In this document: positions 1 to 7,954 of the stretch, piece after piece
Numbering within the stretch: the stretch's first letter is position 1
How the letters are laid out: each line of letters starts with the position of its first letter
From: a virus
Lineage: Duplodnaviria > Caudoviricetes
DNA: 64,000 nucleotides
Reading direction: 5' to 3' (one strand)
IMG/VR virus record: IMGVR_UViG_3300035698_029580
Made by a program: the position numbers and the translations under genes
Notes under the pieces: model-generated
Seen by the model: only the letters and a program-made list of their open reading frames with translations
The model's database searches: none
What the model was told of the DNA's origin: nothing

Positions 1-65
1 AGGTTGACTAATTACTAGTCATGATTAGTTTAAGAGAGAAGTGGGTTCGTATCCCACCATCGACT
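1..65 (+). tRNA. 3' part of a tRNA-like RNA, truncated by the window start, with an extra hairpin before the T-arm
   Basis: T-arm GTGGG-TTCGTAT-CCCAC (41-57), then a 7-nt acceptor 3' strand CATCGAC plus discriminator; upstream hairpin GACTAATTA/TGATTAGTT. Confidence 0.6.
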
Positions 66-165
66 GCTTTTAGAGTAGGTGTTTTATAACACCGAACAAC
101 GAGGCGTCATTAAAAATTCTGTCTACGCCTACAATCCCAAAAGGGAAGAGACTAAAAGAGGCAGT
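63..165 (+). ncRNA. candidate structured RNA between two tRNA-like genes
   Basis: nested stems ACTGC/GCAGT, CTTTTAG/CTAAAAG, GTAGGTGT/ACGCCTAC and TCCC-AAAA-GGGA; no ORF. Confidence 0.35.
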
Positions 166-191
166 TTTCCAGTAAAAAAAAGTGAATAGAT

Positions 192-336
192 GGCTTTGTA
201 GTTTATGTTACGTTAAAACGCTTGTGTTCTTTTCTGATGCTAGTTATGGAAAAGATATTTTATTTTTGGCCAAAATAAAATAAGATAGTAATAACTATTT
301 TTGCAAGAGAAGCGGGTGCGGAGCCTGTCAAAGTCT
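192..336 (+). tRNA. tRNA-like RNA with a 77-nt three-hairpin insert replacing the anticodon loop
   Basis: acceptor GGCTTTG/CAAAGTC, D-stem GTTT/AAAC, anticodon stem CTTGT/GCAAG, T-arm GCGGG-TGCGGAG-CCTGT (degenerate T-loop). Confidence 0.65.
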
Positions 337-389
337 TCTTTTTCCAGCATTAAAATTTTATTTGAATTAAAATAAAAAAGGAAAAAATT

Positions 390-956
390 ATGATTAAATC
401 ATTTCTTATTCAAAGATTGAATAAGCCATTAGGTAATACCAATTGGAATAAATTGATTAAATCAATGGTTTTTGGTGGTGGATTAGTTAATGGTGGATTG
501 TCTCAAAATGCCATGAAACTACTTCAAAAGATTTTTTCATTTGATTATATGGGAGCAAGTGAATTTGAATGGGGAGCAATTCCTAAAGCTCTGAAAAAAA
601 TAGTAGAAAATAAGGAAACTATTACTTGTGTTCATAGAGAGTTTTATTATGAATATTATTCATATTGTAATGCCTGTGAAAAAATAGATAGAGGGAAATG
701 TCCTGTATATGTTATTTGCCCAAAAAATATTCTAACAGATGTCTTGACAATTATAGAATATCATGCTATTCATCATTATGCAAAACCCCCATTTCATACT
801 AAGGAAATGGTAAAACTTAACGAGTCAATGTCTAATTCTGTTGTAAATACTCCTCAAGGATGGTTAGAAATTGATAATGGTTATTTCTTTTTCACGTCTG
901 CTAAAATGGCAAAGCTAACAGCAAAACTGTTAGGTTTTATGGATTGGCCATTATAA
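390..956 (+). CDS. hypothetical phage early protein (FDYMGASEFEWG motif)
   Basis: 188-aa ORF with AAGGA RBS, directly after repeat promoter. Confidence 0.8.
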   Translation: MIKSFLIQRLNKPLGNTNWNKLIKSMVFGGGLVNGGLSQNAMKLLQKIFSFDYMGASEFEWGAIPKALKKIVENKETITCVHREFYYEYYSYCNACEKIDRGKCPVYVICPKNILTDVLTIIEYHAIHHYAKPPFHTKEMVKLNESMSNSVVNTPQGWLEIDNGYFFFTSAKMAKLTAKLLGFMDWPL

Positions 957-1030
957 TAATTTTCCAGCATTATATTTTTCCTTCTAATAGGTTGTTGTTA
1001 CAATAGAAAACCTTAGTTTGGAGCAAAAAA

Positions 1031-1615
1031 ATGACGAAAACATTAACAAAAACCGAAAAAACCACGAAAATCCATCCTATCGTCAAAGTCACCGAAACCC
1101 AGTTGGTCGGTGAATTGCTAAAGATGGATGGGACCGGAGCATCATTCGAGGGGATGGATGTTAGGGTTCTGGTAAAGATGAGGAAAACTGGAATTCGTGA
1201 TGGAGTAAAATTTGAAAATCCTTATCTTAATAAGGTTCATAAGTTTTATTCTCTCAACGTTACTTCTAACGCTCATTATGAGGCTGCTGTTCGTCGTCAA
1301 CAGGCAAGAGAAGGGCAAGAAGTTGATTTTCTGGCAAAACCGAGAAAATGGGGTGAGAGAATTAAAAAGTCCCCCGTTGTTCGACATAATGGAAACTTTT
1401 ATTTTTCTACTCATGTCAATACTCTTACCACCGATGTTGTTTATAAGAATATAGATGGTAAGATTATTGATAAGGCTAATATTGAAGAGTTTTTGCCTGC
1501 CAAGTCTGCCAGTCGGCAAGGTTTAGAAAATGAAGTTATTGTAAGAGATTATAAAATTGAGTCAATCGTTCAGATGAGAATGAAGGGTTGTACTTATATC
1601 GTCAAGCATGATTAA
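1031..1615 (+). CDS. hypothetical early protein, paralog of 6349-6921
   Basis: ORF after repeat; obvious identity with 6349-6921. Confidence 0.85.
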   Translation: MTKTLTKTEKTTKIHPIVKVTETQLVGELLKMDGTGASFEGMDVRVLVKMRKTGIRDGVKFENPYLNKVHKFYSLNVTSNAHYEAAVRRQQAREGQEVDFLAKPRKWGERIKKSPVVRHNGNFYFSTHVNTLTTDVVYKNIDGKIIDKANIEEFLPAKSASRQGLENEVIVRDYKIESIVQMRMKGCTYIVKHD

Positions 1616-1640
1616 AATGGTTGGTGGTGTTTTTGGCTTG

Positions 1641-1679
1641 TTAGATAACCCTCTGAAATATGGGGGTTATCTAATTTTT
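1641..1679 (+). terminator. intrinsic terminator-like hairpin
   Basis: TTAGATAACCC...GGGTTATCTAA followed by a T-run. Confidence 0.65.
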
Positions 1680-1724
1680 CCAGCATTAAAAAATTTCAGA
1701 CAATAAAATAAAAAGGGAAAAATC

Positions 1725-1988
1725 ATGTTGAAGTTTACTTGTCCTGAGTGTGGTAAAAATCGTCTTGAAGAAGTTATGGTGGATGTAGTCCAGTATTCTG
1801 AGATTACCGCTATTGATGAGGAAACGTCTGCTGTTGATTATGGGGGGCATAACACCGATGGAGGAAACGTTAATTGTTATCAGTGTCTGGATTGTGGGTA
1901 TGAAATTGAATTTGAAGATGAAGAGAGAGAGGAAGTAAACAGTTCAGTATTGTTAGTTGAATGGATAAAGAAAAATTGTCCTCAATAA
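1725..1988 (+). CDS. small acidic Zn-ribbon protein
   Basis: CPEC...CLDC; RBS; follows repeat. Confidence 0.8.
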   Translation: MLKFTCPECGKNRLEEVMVDVVQYSEITAIDEETSAVDYGGHNTDGGNVNCYQCLDCGYEIEFEDEEREEVNSSVLLVEWIKKNCPQ

Positions 1989-2029
1989 TAATTTTCCAGC
2001 ATTAAAAAATTTCAGACAATAAAATAAAA

Positions 2030-2152
2030 AGAAAAGAGAGGTAGCGTCGAAAAACGTGTTGAGTGTGGTTAGATAAGAGGTTAAGTATAGCAATTACTCT
2101 GTTTACATCACACAAGACGGCTGTTGGCTATATCAATTATGCCTTCCTCTTT
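2030..2152 (+). ncRNA. candidate small structured RNA occupying its own promoter cassette
   Basis: lies between repeats at 1992 and 2159 with no ORF or RBS; end pairing GAGAGGTA/TGCCTTCCTC, inner CGTC/GACG and TGTGGT/ATCACA, 3' T-run. Confidence 0.45.
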
Positions 2153-2209
2153 TTTTTCTTTTCCAGCATTATAATTTTCTTGTCATTAAAATAAAAAAGG
2201 AAAAACACA

Positions 2210-2395
2210 ATGCTAACACTTTCTTCAATTAAAAAGTATGATAAATTTCTCAAGGAAACCACTGGAAAGGCACGTCAAGATTTTCCTGGGTATGAGAGAT
2301 ATGAATTAGCACAAAATGGCTCGTTGTATCTTTGGTCCCTGGGCGCTTATCCGTCAATTATTAAAAATTATGTAGAACCGTTTGAAATTTGTTAA
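2210..2395 (+). CDS. hypothetical early protein
   Basis: 61-aa ORF with repeat and RBS. Confidence 0.75.
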   Translation: MLTLSSIKKYDKFLKETTGKARQDFPGYERYELAQNGSLYLWSLGAYPSIIKNYVEPFEIC

Positions 2396-2413
2396 TTTTC
2401 AAAGGATTAAGAC

Positions 2414-2695
2414 ATGATAGACGAAATGGAACAAATCCAAAGAAATGTAGAAGATGAAAAATATAGTCCATCCCGTAAATCTCTAAAAGGTGCTACCTCT
2501 GAACAAATAAGAGAATATCATAAGCAAAGAATTGCAGGGCAAAAGAAATTTCAAACTGATTTAGAAATAATGTTTAATTTAACTAAACATCCTAAGAGAA
2601 AAAAGTTGTTTGTTATTGCCTGGGAAATGGGACATTCAAACGGTTTTTTAGAAGTTTCTCAATATTATCAAAAATTTTCAGAATTGTTAAGTTAA
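2414..2695 (+). CDS. hypothetical early protein
   Basis: 93-aa ORF with AAGGA RBS. Confidence 0.75.
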   Translation: MIDEMEQIQRNVEDEKYSPSRKSLKGATSEQIREYHKQRIAGQKKFQTDLEIMFNLTKHPKRKKLFVIAWEMGHSNGFLEVSQYYQKFSELLS

Positions 2696-2749
2696 TAATT
2701 TTCCAGCATTATAAAATTTTTCCTATTAAAATAAAAAAGGAAAAACAAA

Positions 2750-2953
2750 ATGCTAAATCCAAAACAACTTATCAAAACTTATCAAAATCGTTGGGCGGGT
2801 ATAGCTTGCTTTTTAGAGGGAAAGCCTGCTAAAGTCTGTGGTAGATTAAATAATTTTGCCACCATTGCACAACTAACTGATGGATTGTCAGTAGAATATT
2901 CCTGGCCAACGGTCGATAGAATAATGGGCAAGTCAAAACAATTCTCGCTGTAA
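2750..2953 (+). CDS. hypothetical early protein
   Basis: 67-aa ORF with repeat and RBS. Confidence 0.75.
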   Translation: MLNPKQLIKTYQNRWAGIACFLEGKPAKVCGRLNNFATIAQLTDGLSVEYSWPTVDRIMGKSKQFSL

Positions 2954-3001
2954 TTTTCCAGCAAAAAAGAATTTCAGACATTAAAATAAAAAAGGAAAAT
3001 T

Positions 3002-3244
3002 ATGAAATATATAATTGTAGGATATGGTGGGGTTGAATTGCCAATAATTTTTGACGAAATAATTGATCATTTTGATATGGTAAAAGGTTCTGTGGATGAT
3101 GTTATATCAGCTGGTTTTGTAAAATTCTATCCCGGAAAAACTTTTGAAGTCGATTGCTATGGTAAAAGCGTTACACTGAAAAAACAATCAAGGGGAGAAG
3201 TAGATTCACAAATCATTCTCAGACAAATGGTAAAAGATTACTAA
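3002..3244 (+). CDS. hypothetical early protein
   Basis: 80-aa ORF with repeat and RBS. Confidence 0.75.
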   Translation: MKYIIVGYGGVELPIIFDEIIDHFDMVKGSVDDVISAGFVKFYPGKTFEVDCYGKSVTLKKQSRGEVDSQIILRQMVKDY

Positions 3245-3305
3245 TTTTCCAGCAAAATAATTTTTTCCTTATTAAAATAAAAACACTAACAAAAAGGAAA
3301 AAACG

Positions 3306-3674
3306 ATGGATATTAAATTAGATGAATTTACAAAAGCATATATCAATTGTGCTCTGTGGTCAAGTATAGAGGATGATGGGATTCCATTAGATGACAATTA
3401 TTCCATTGATGACTTGGCAGAAGAAACCTTACAGTCAATGATTAAAGATTGTAAGTGTTTTCAAGATGATAATGAAAAACTGTTTGAAGGGCAAGAAATT
3501 CAGGCTGGTCATGATTTTTGGTTGACTCGTAATGGTCATGGGGCTGGTTTTTGGAGTAGGGGAAATAACTATTATTCTAAAGATGTTGATGGTGAAACCT
3601 TGACTCAAAAATCTTATAAATATGGTATGGTTGATTTATATATTGCAATTGATGGGAAAATATATTCTCAATAA
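3306..3674 (+). CDS. hypothetical acidic early protein (AGHDFWLTRNxHGAGFW), copy 1
   Basis: tandem paralog of 3726-4094, same length. Confidence 0.85.
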   Translation: MDIKLDEFTKAYINCALWSSIEDDGIPLDDNYSIDDLAEETLQSMIKDCKCFQDDNEKLFEGQEIQAGHDFWLTRNGHGAGFWSRGNNYYSKDVDGETLTQKSYKYGMVDLYIAIDGKIYSQ

Positions 3675-3725
3675 TTTTCCAGCATTATTATTTTTTTCCT
3701 ATTAAAATAAAAAAGGAAAAAACAA

Positions 3726-4094
3726 ATGGATATCAAACTAGACAAGTTTACAAAGGCTTATATCGAATGTGCTCTGTGGGCAAGTACAGATGATAACAAT
3801 GAACCATTAGATGGTAATTATTCTATCTGGAACTTGGCAGATGAGACAATTAAGTCAATAATTGATAATTGTAAGAATTTTCAAGATGATAATGAAAAAC
3901 TGTTTGAAGGGCAAGAAATTCAGGCCGGTCATGACTTTTGGTTGACTCGTAATCATCATGGGGCTGGTTTTTGGGATAGGGGACATAATTATTATCCCAA
4001 AGATCCCAATGGTGATATATTAACTCAAAATTCTCATTCTTGGGGAAGTTGTGATTTGTATATTGCAATTGATGGGAAAATATATTCTCAATAA
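3726..4094 (+). CDS. hypothetical acidic early protein (AGHDFWLTRNxHGAGFW), copy 2
   Basis: tandem paralog of 3306-3674. Confidence 0.85.
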   Translation: MDIKLDKFTKAYIECALWASTDDNNEPLDGNYSIWNLADETIKSIIDNCKNFQDDNEKLFEGQEIQAGHDFWLTRNHHGAGFWDRGHNYYPKDPNGDILTQNSHSWGSCDLYIAIDGKIYSQ

Positions 4095-4153
4095 TTTTCC
4101 AGCATTATAAATTTTCCTACATTAAAATAAAAACACTAACAAAAAGGAAAATT

Positions 4154-4420
4154 ATGAAACTGAAAAACGGTCCAAATGCTTATTCTATTGCCTATCAGCG
4201 TCAAGTTAAGTGCGGAGATACAGTAAGAGTATGGAATAGTTCAGAAAAACGGTTTATGTCAGTAAGGACAATTGCCGGTCCGTTTTTAACAAAAGATGAG
4301 AATAGTATAGAATTAGTCTGGTGTTTAAATTATTATCATCCTCTTGCTCTTCCTCTTTTTATGGCTAGTGCCAGGTGGGACAAACATTTTAAAAATGGTA
4401 AAGGACATTGGGTCGTGTAA
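4154..4420 (+). CDS. hypothetical early protein
   Basis: 88-aa ORF with repeat and RBS. Confidence 0.75.
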   Translation: MKLKNGPNAYSIAYQRQVKCGDTVRVWNSSEKRFMSVRTIAGPFLTKDENSIELVWCLNYYHPLALPLFMASARWDKHFKNGKGHWVV

Positions 4421-4426
4421 GGACGT

Positions 4427-4462
4427 GGATTGCCGATTGACTTAGCCGGTCGGTAATCTTTT
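4427..4462 (+). terminator. intrinsic terminator
   Basis: GGATTGCCGATTG...CGGTCGGTAATCT followed by a T-run. Confidence 0.65.
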
Positions 4463-4521
4463 ATTTTCCAGCATTATTAAATTTTTCCTATTAAAATAAA
4501 AACACTAACAAAAAGGAAAAA

Positions 4522-4692
4522 ATGATGCAACAACAAAAGGGTATGACAGCAATGGATTTAGAGGCAGAAAATCAAGGAAAAGCAATTCGAGGAGCGAACG
4601 CTTTTCGTCCCAAAAAACAAGTTTTCACTCCACGTCGTTTGCCTCAATGCCATGTTTGGACACAATTCAATTCCCGAAAATTTGAAAAGTAG
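4522..4692 (+). CDS. 56-aa basic early protein, below the ORF-track cutoff
   Basis: MMQQQKGMTAMDLEAENQGKAIRGANAFRPKK...; repeat and AAGGA RBS upstream, terminator downstream. Confidence 0.7.
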   Translation: MMQQQKGMTAMDLEAENQGKAIRGANAFRPKKQVFTPRRLPQCHVWTQFNSRKFEK

Positions 4693-4706
4693 CCGCTTTC
4701 CTGGCA

Positions 4707-4741
4707 TAAGCCCTAAAACCATCCCTTTAGGGCTTATTTTT
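4707..4741 (+). terminator. intrinsic terminator
   Basis: TAAGCCCTAAA...TTTAGGGCTTA followed by a T-run. Confidence 0.7.
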
Positions 4742-4958
4742 CTTTTCCAGCATTATAAAAAACAATACAATAGAGTGTAATGAGACATTGGATAACAAAA
4801 CAAACTAAAACGTATAGTTGAAAGGATAGAACAATGCGATAAGAAAAATCCTAGCGTGTTCATTATTAGAATATATAATATAAACTAGAATATGTATAAT
4901 GAAAGAGGGCAGTAATCATGAGTTATTAAAAATATTATTTTATTTTTTAATTAGAATT

Positions 4959-4995
4959 TAGGGCTGTCAGGTTTGAACCTGGCGGTCCTTTTTTT
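4959..4995 (+). terminator. intrinsic terminator
   Basis: AGGGCTGTCAGG-TTTGAA-CCTGGCGGTCCT followed by a T-run. Confidence 0.7.
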
Positions 4996-5047
4996 ATTTT
5001 CCAGCATTATTATTTTTTCCCCATTAAAATAAAAACAGGAGAAAATT

Positions 5048-5269
5048 ATGAAAGTAAGAGTCAACTCAACCTATACTTATAATCCTGTGCCAATTGATAA
5101 AATAAATCCTCCCTTTGGAGTAACCGATGGGATACTAAAGGCAGGGGATAAAGTAAAAGTAGTTAATAAACATGGTTGTCCCAAAGCCAACACAATGAAC
5201 CATTGCTATGTAAATACGATGGATGGTAAGTTTGTCGGTATGGTGTGCTGCAATAGTCTGGTAAAGTAA
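5048..5269 (+). CDS. hypothetical early protein (small, Cys-containing)
   Basis: 73-aa ORF with AGGAG RBS. Confidence 0.75.
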   Translation: MKVRVNSTYTYNPVPIDKINPPFGVTDGILKAGDKVKVVNKHGCPKANTMNHCYVNTMDGKFVGMVCCNSLVK

Positions 5270-5339
5270 TTTTCCAGCATTATATATTTTTATAGTATAC
5301 AGTGTAAGGAAAACAAAAAATGAACATAAGGAGTAAAAA

Positions 5340-5588
5340 ATGAAAACGTTGGATTATGACACACAGGGAGAACGAGCGGCTTTTAGAGTCACCAAAGATA
5401 TTCCTGTTGGGACATGGGTTCGTACTGCATGGGACTCCCCTGATCTAATGGACGGCATTCTCGTGGAAAATGAAAAAGACAGTGAATCTTACGTCGATGT
5501 CTTTTTTCCTTCTGGACTTCAGAGAATATCCAGAACACAAATTATTGGGACCGGGAATATGGTAGAAGCAAAAAACACAGGACTTTAA
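5340..5588 (+). CDS. hypothetical early protein
   Basis: 82-aa ORF with AAGGAG RBS. Confidence 0.75.
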   Translation: MKTLDYDTQGERAAFRVTKDIPVGTWVRTAWDSPDLMDGILVENEKDSESYVDVFFPSGLQRISRTQIIGTGNMVEAKNTGL

Positions 5589-5719
5589 TTTATAGAAAAG
5601 TAATTTTCCTATATGGGGTGGTAAGAGTTGTCAGATTTATCACTTCATTACATTTTCCAGCATTATATGTTTTTATAGTATATAGTGTAAGGAAAACAAA
5701 AAACAGAAAGGAAAAACAA

Positions 5720-5941
5720 ATGATAACAGTAAAACAATGTGTTGAGAATAAACTTAGAGCGTGTAATCCTTGTTCTTATCTGTCAATTAGAGAGGAAGTG
5801 AATTTGCAACAAACAGAATTTGATGATAATCAATTAGTAGATATTGATATATTTATTGAGCGTGCCATCAAAGAACTTATCAATGACAAGATTGCGGATT
5901 GTGTCGTTGGCGATAACGAATTTGTTTTGGATTTGCATTGA
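5720..5941 (+). CDS. hypothetical early protein (start corrected to MITVKQ)
   Basis: the RBS precedes ATG 5720; the upstream part of the ORF-track call is the promoter repeat. Confidence 0.75.
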   Translation: MITVKQCVENKLRACNPCSYLSIREEVNLQQTEFDDNQLVDIDIFIERAIKELINDKIADCVVGDNEFVLDLH

Positions 5942-6023
5942 TAATTTTCCAGCATTATATGTTTTTATAGTATATAGTGTAAGGAAAACAAAACAAAAAA
6001 ACAAAAAACAGAAAGGGAAAAAC

Positions 6024-6221
6024 ATGCTAGCAGCAACGTATAAGACAAAGAAAGATTTAAAAGCAAGTATTGGCAAGTCACTAAGGTTCGTCGAGACAAG
6101 TATGTTTGGGGTTGAATATAAAGACACTGGTAAGTTTGCGGTGGTAGGACCGGCTCCTTATGATAGGAAATGGTATGCCGAAGTGACAATGGCAGACGGA
6201 GTTATTGTCAAGGTTAAGTAA
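6024..6221 (+). CDS. hypothetical early protein (start corrected to MLAATY)
   Basis: RBS before ATG 6024. Confidence 0.75.
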   Translation: MLAATYKTKKDLKASIGKSLRFVETSMFGVEYKDTGKFAVVGPAPYDRKWYAEVTMADGVIVKVK

Positions 6222-6246
6222 TAAATGACTTTTCTGTTTTGTTTGG

Positions 6247-6285
6247 TAGGACGACGGGTTTACTCCCCCGTCGTCCTATTTTTTT
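6247..6285 (+). terminator. intrinsic terminator
   Basis: TAGGACGACGGG...CCCGTCGTCCTA followed by a T-run. Confidence 0.75.
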
Positions 6286-6348
6286 CCAGCATTATATATT
6301 TTTATAGTATATAGTGTAAAGAAAACAAAAACAGGAAGGAAAAAACAA

Positions 6349-6921
6349 ATGACAAAAACACAAACTGAAAAAACCACGAAAATCCATCCTATTGCAACAG
6401 TCACTCCTACTCAATTGGTGGGTGAGTTACTGAAAATGGATGGGACTGGGACCAGCTTCGAGGGCATGGATTGCAAAGTTTTAGTCAAAATGAATAAGAC
6501 GGCAAAACGTGATGGAGTAAAATTTGAAAATCCTTATTTTGGTAAGGTTTATAAGTGCTATTCTGTTAGCACAATATCCAATGCCAATTATGAGAGAGCC
6601 GTCAACCGTCAACGTGAGAGAGAGGGCAAAGAAACTGATTTTGAGGCTCTTCCGAGAGTCTGGGGCGAAAGGGTTGGCAAAAGTCCTGTTATTCAACATA
6701 AAGGGCAATTCTACTTTGCCATACATGTTAAGACTCTCACCACAGACGTAACATATGAGGACGTAAACGGCAATGCCGTCGAGAAAGAAAGTATTGTTCA
6801 GTTTCTTCCCAAGAAGTCATCAAGTCGTCAAGGTGTCGAGAATGAGATTATTGTTAGGACGTATAAGATTGAGTCAATTCTCCAAATGAGAATGAAGGGT
6901 GGAACGTATATAGTAAAGTAG
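6349..6921 (+). CDS. hypothetical early protein, paralog of 1031-1615
   Basis: shared sequence KTTKIHPI...QLVGELLKMDGTG...QMRMKG. Confidence 0.85.
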   Translation: MTKTQTEKTTKIHPIATVTPTQLVGELLKMDGTGTSFEGMDCKVLVKMNKTAKRDGVKFENPYFGKVYKCYSVSTISNANYERAVNRQREREGKETDFEALPRVWGERVGKSPVIQHKGQFYFAIHVKTLTTDVTYEDVNGNAVEKESIVQFLPKKSSSRQGVENEIIVRTYKIESILQMRMKGGTYIVK

Positions 6922-6946
6922 TAAATGATGCTCCTGTTTGGGTTGG

Positions 6947-6984
6947 TAGGACGGCAGGTTGAGGTAGCCTGTCGTCCTATTTTT
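6947..6984 (+). terminator. intrinsic terminator, homologous to the one at 6247
   Basis: TAGGACGGCAGG...CCTGTCGTCCTA followed by a T-run. Confidence 0.75.
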
Positions 6985-7152
6985 ACAAGGTTAAACTGGA
7001 CATAATTGATATAATATAAATAGGACATATAATATAGAAGATGTATTAGATATAGTGGATATAAAAAGTGTAATAAGCACACCCACACCCCTCTGCACCT
7101 AGTTCCAGAAGAATTTTATTTTATGGGGGTACCCTAAATATCTGTCTTTATT

Positions 7153-7304
7153 TATAGAAAATTTTTCACATCAAATCTTTTTAACAATTATTATTAATGG
7201 TTATTTTTCCCTTTATATTTCAAATAAAAAAATTTTGCATAAATAAACACTTAAAATTTGTTTATATATTATAGAAAAATTTTCACATCAGATCTTTTTA
7301 ACAA
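7153..7304. repeat. 35-bp imperfect direct repeat in an AT-rich intergenic region
   Basis: TATAGAAAAWTTTTCACATCARATCTTTTTAACAA at 7153 and 7270; degenerate third copy near 7799. Confidence 0.7.
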
Positions 7305-7376
7305 ATATTACTTAAGGAATTTAATTATTTTCGATATAGGGATATGGGCACATATTAATAACAAGGAGAAAAAGAG

Positions 7377-7754
7377 ATGGGACAAGAGTCATATGGTTAT
7401 GAGTTAATATTGGATTTACATGGATGTAATATTAGCACATTTAACAGGAAGAGTTTAACAGATTATTTTAAGAAGTTATGTGAAGCAATAGAGATGGAGA
7501 GATGTGATTTACATTTTTGGGATGATATATATTTACCGGATGGGGAGGAATACACTTTACCACATTTGAAGGGTGTTTCAGCTGTTCAATTTATAATGAC
7601 AAGTAATATTACTATTCACACTTTGGAATTACTAAAAACTGTTTTTATCAACATATTTTCTTGTAAGGGATTTGACAAGGAAGTAGCACAGAAGATTACG
7701 GAAGAGTGGTTTTGTTCATCTGACAGCAATAGTTTATTTATTGAGAGGAATTAG
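7377..7754 (+). CDS. speD: S-adenosylmethionine decarboxylase proenzyme-like protein
   Basis: G-x-ELILDL, GVSAVQFIMT|SNITIHT (pyruvoyl Ser) and INIFSCK motifs. Confidence 0.75.
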   Translation: MGQESYGYELILDLHGCNISTFNRKSLTDYFKKLCEAIEMERCDLHFWDDIYLPDGEEYTLPHLKGVSAVQFIMTSNITIHTLELLKTVFINIFSCKGFDKEVAQKITEEWFCSSDSNSLFIERN

Positions 7755-7954
7755 GTATTTCAAATGGATACCTTAGAATTCGTCAAATAATCACAAACAA
7801 TTTTTCACTTCAAATATTTTAACATTTATTATTTAAGGCACATTTTGGTTAATGAGAATATTTTACAAATTAAGAGGGAAAACGAGAAAAAATGGGTAAA
7901 AGGAAGGGGAGATAAATAAATTTTATTTTCCGCGAAAAAATAAAGGATAAAAAA

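Larger units (their letters stand above)
340..6294 (+). repeat. 17 copies of the cassette-head repeat TTTTCCAGCA(TTA), a putative early promoter
   Basis: copies at about 340, 960, 1677, 1992, 2159, 2699, 2954, 3245, 3675, 4095, 4464, 4743, 4997, 5270, 5653, 5945 and 6282; TAnnnT box about 20 nt after TTCCAG, usually followed by an AAGGA RBS. Confidence 0.9.

Noticed and set aside
165-178. TTTTCCAGTAAAA as an additional early promoter copy
   Set aside because: It mismatches the core and lacks a TAnnnT box at the usual spacing, so it was not counted.
5618-6023. Apparent shared peptide FPALYVFIVYSVRKTK in ORFs 5618 and 5844
   Set aside because: This is the translated promoter repeat; the real starts are 5720 and 6024.
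340-6294. CRISPR array or integron attC interpretation of the regular repeats
   Set aside because: The spacers are 170-720 bp, mostly whole genes. The repeat is non-palindromic and promoter-like, and there are no cas or integrase genes or attC R'/R'' boxes.
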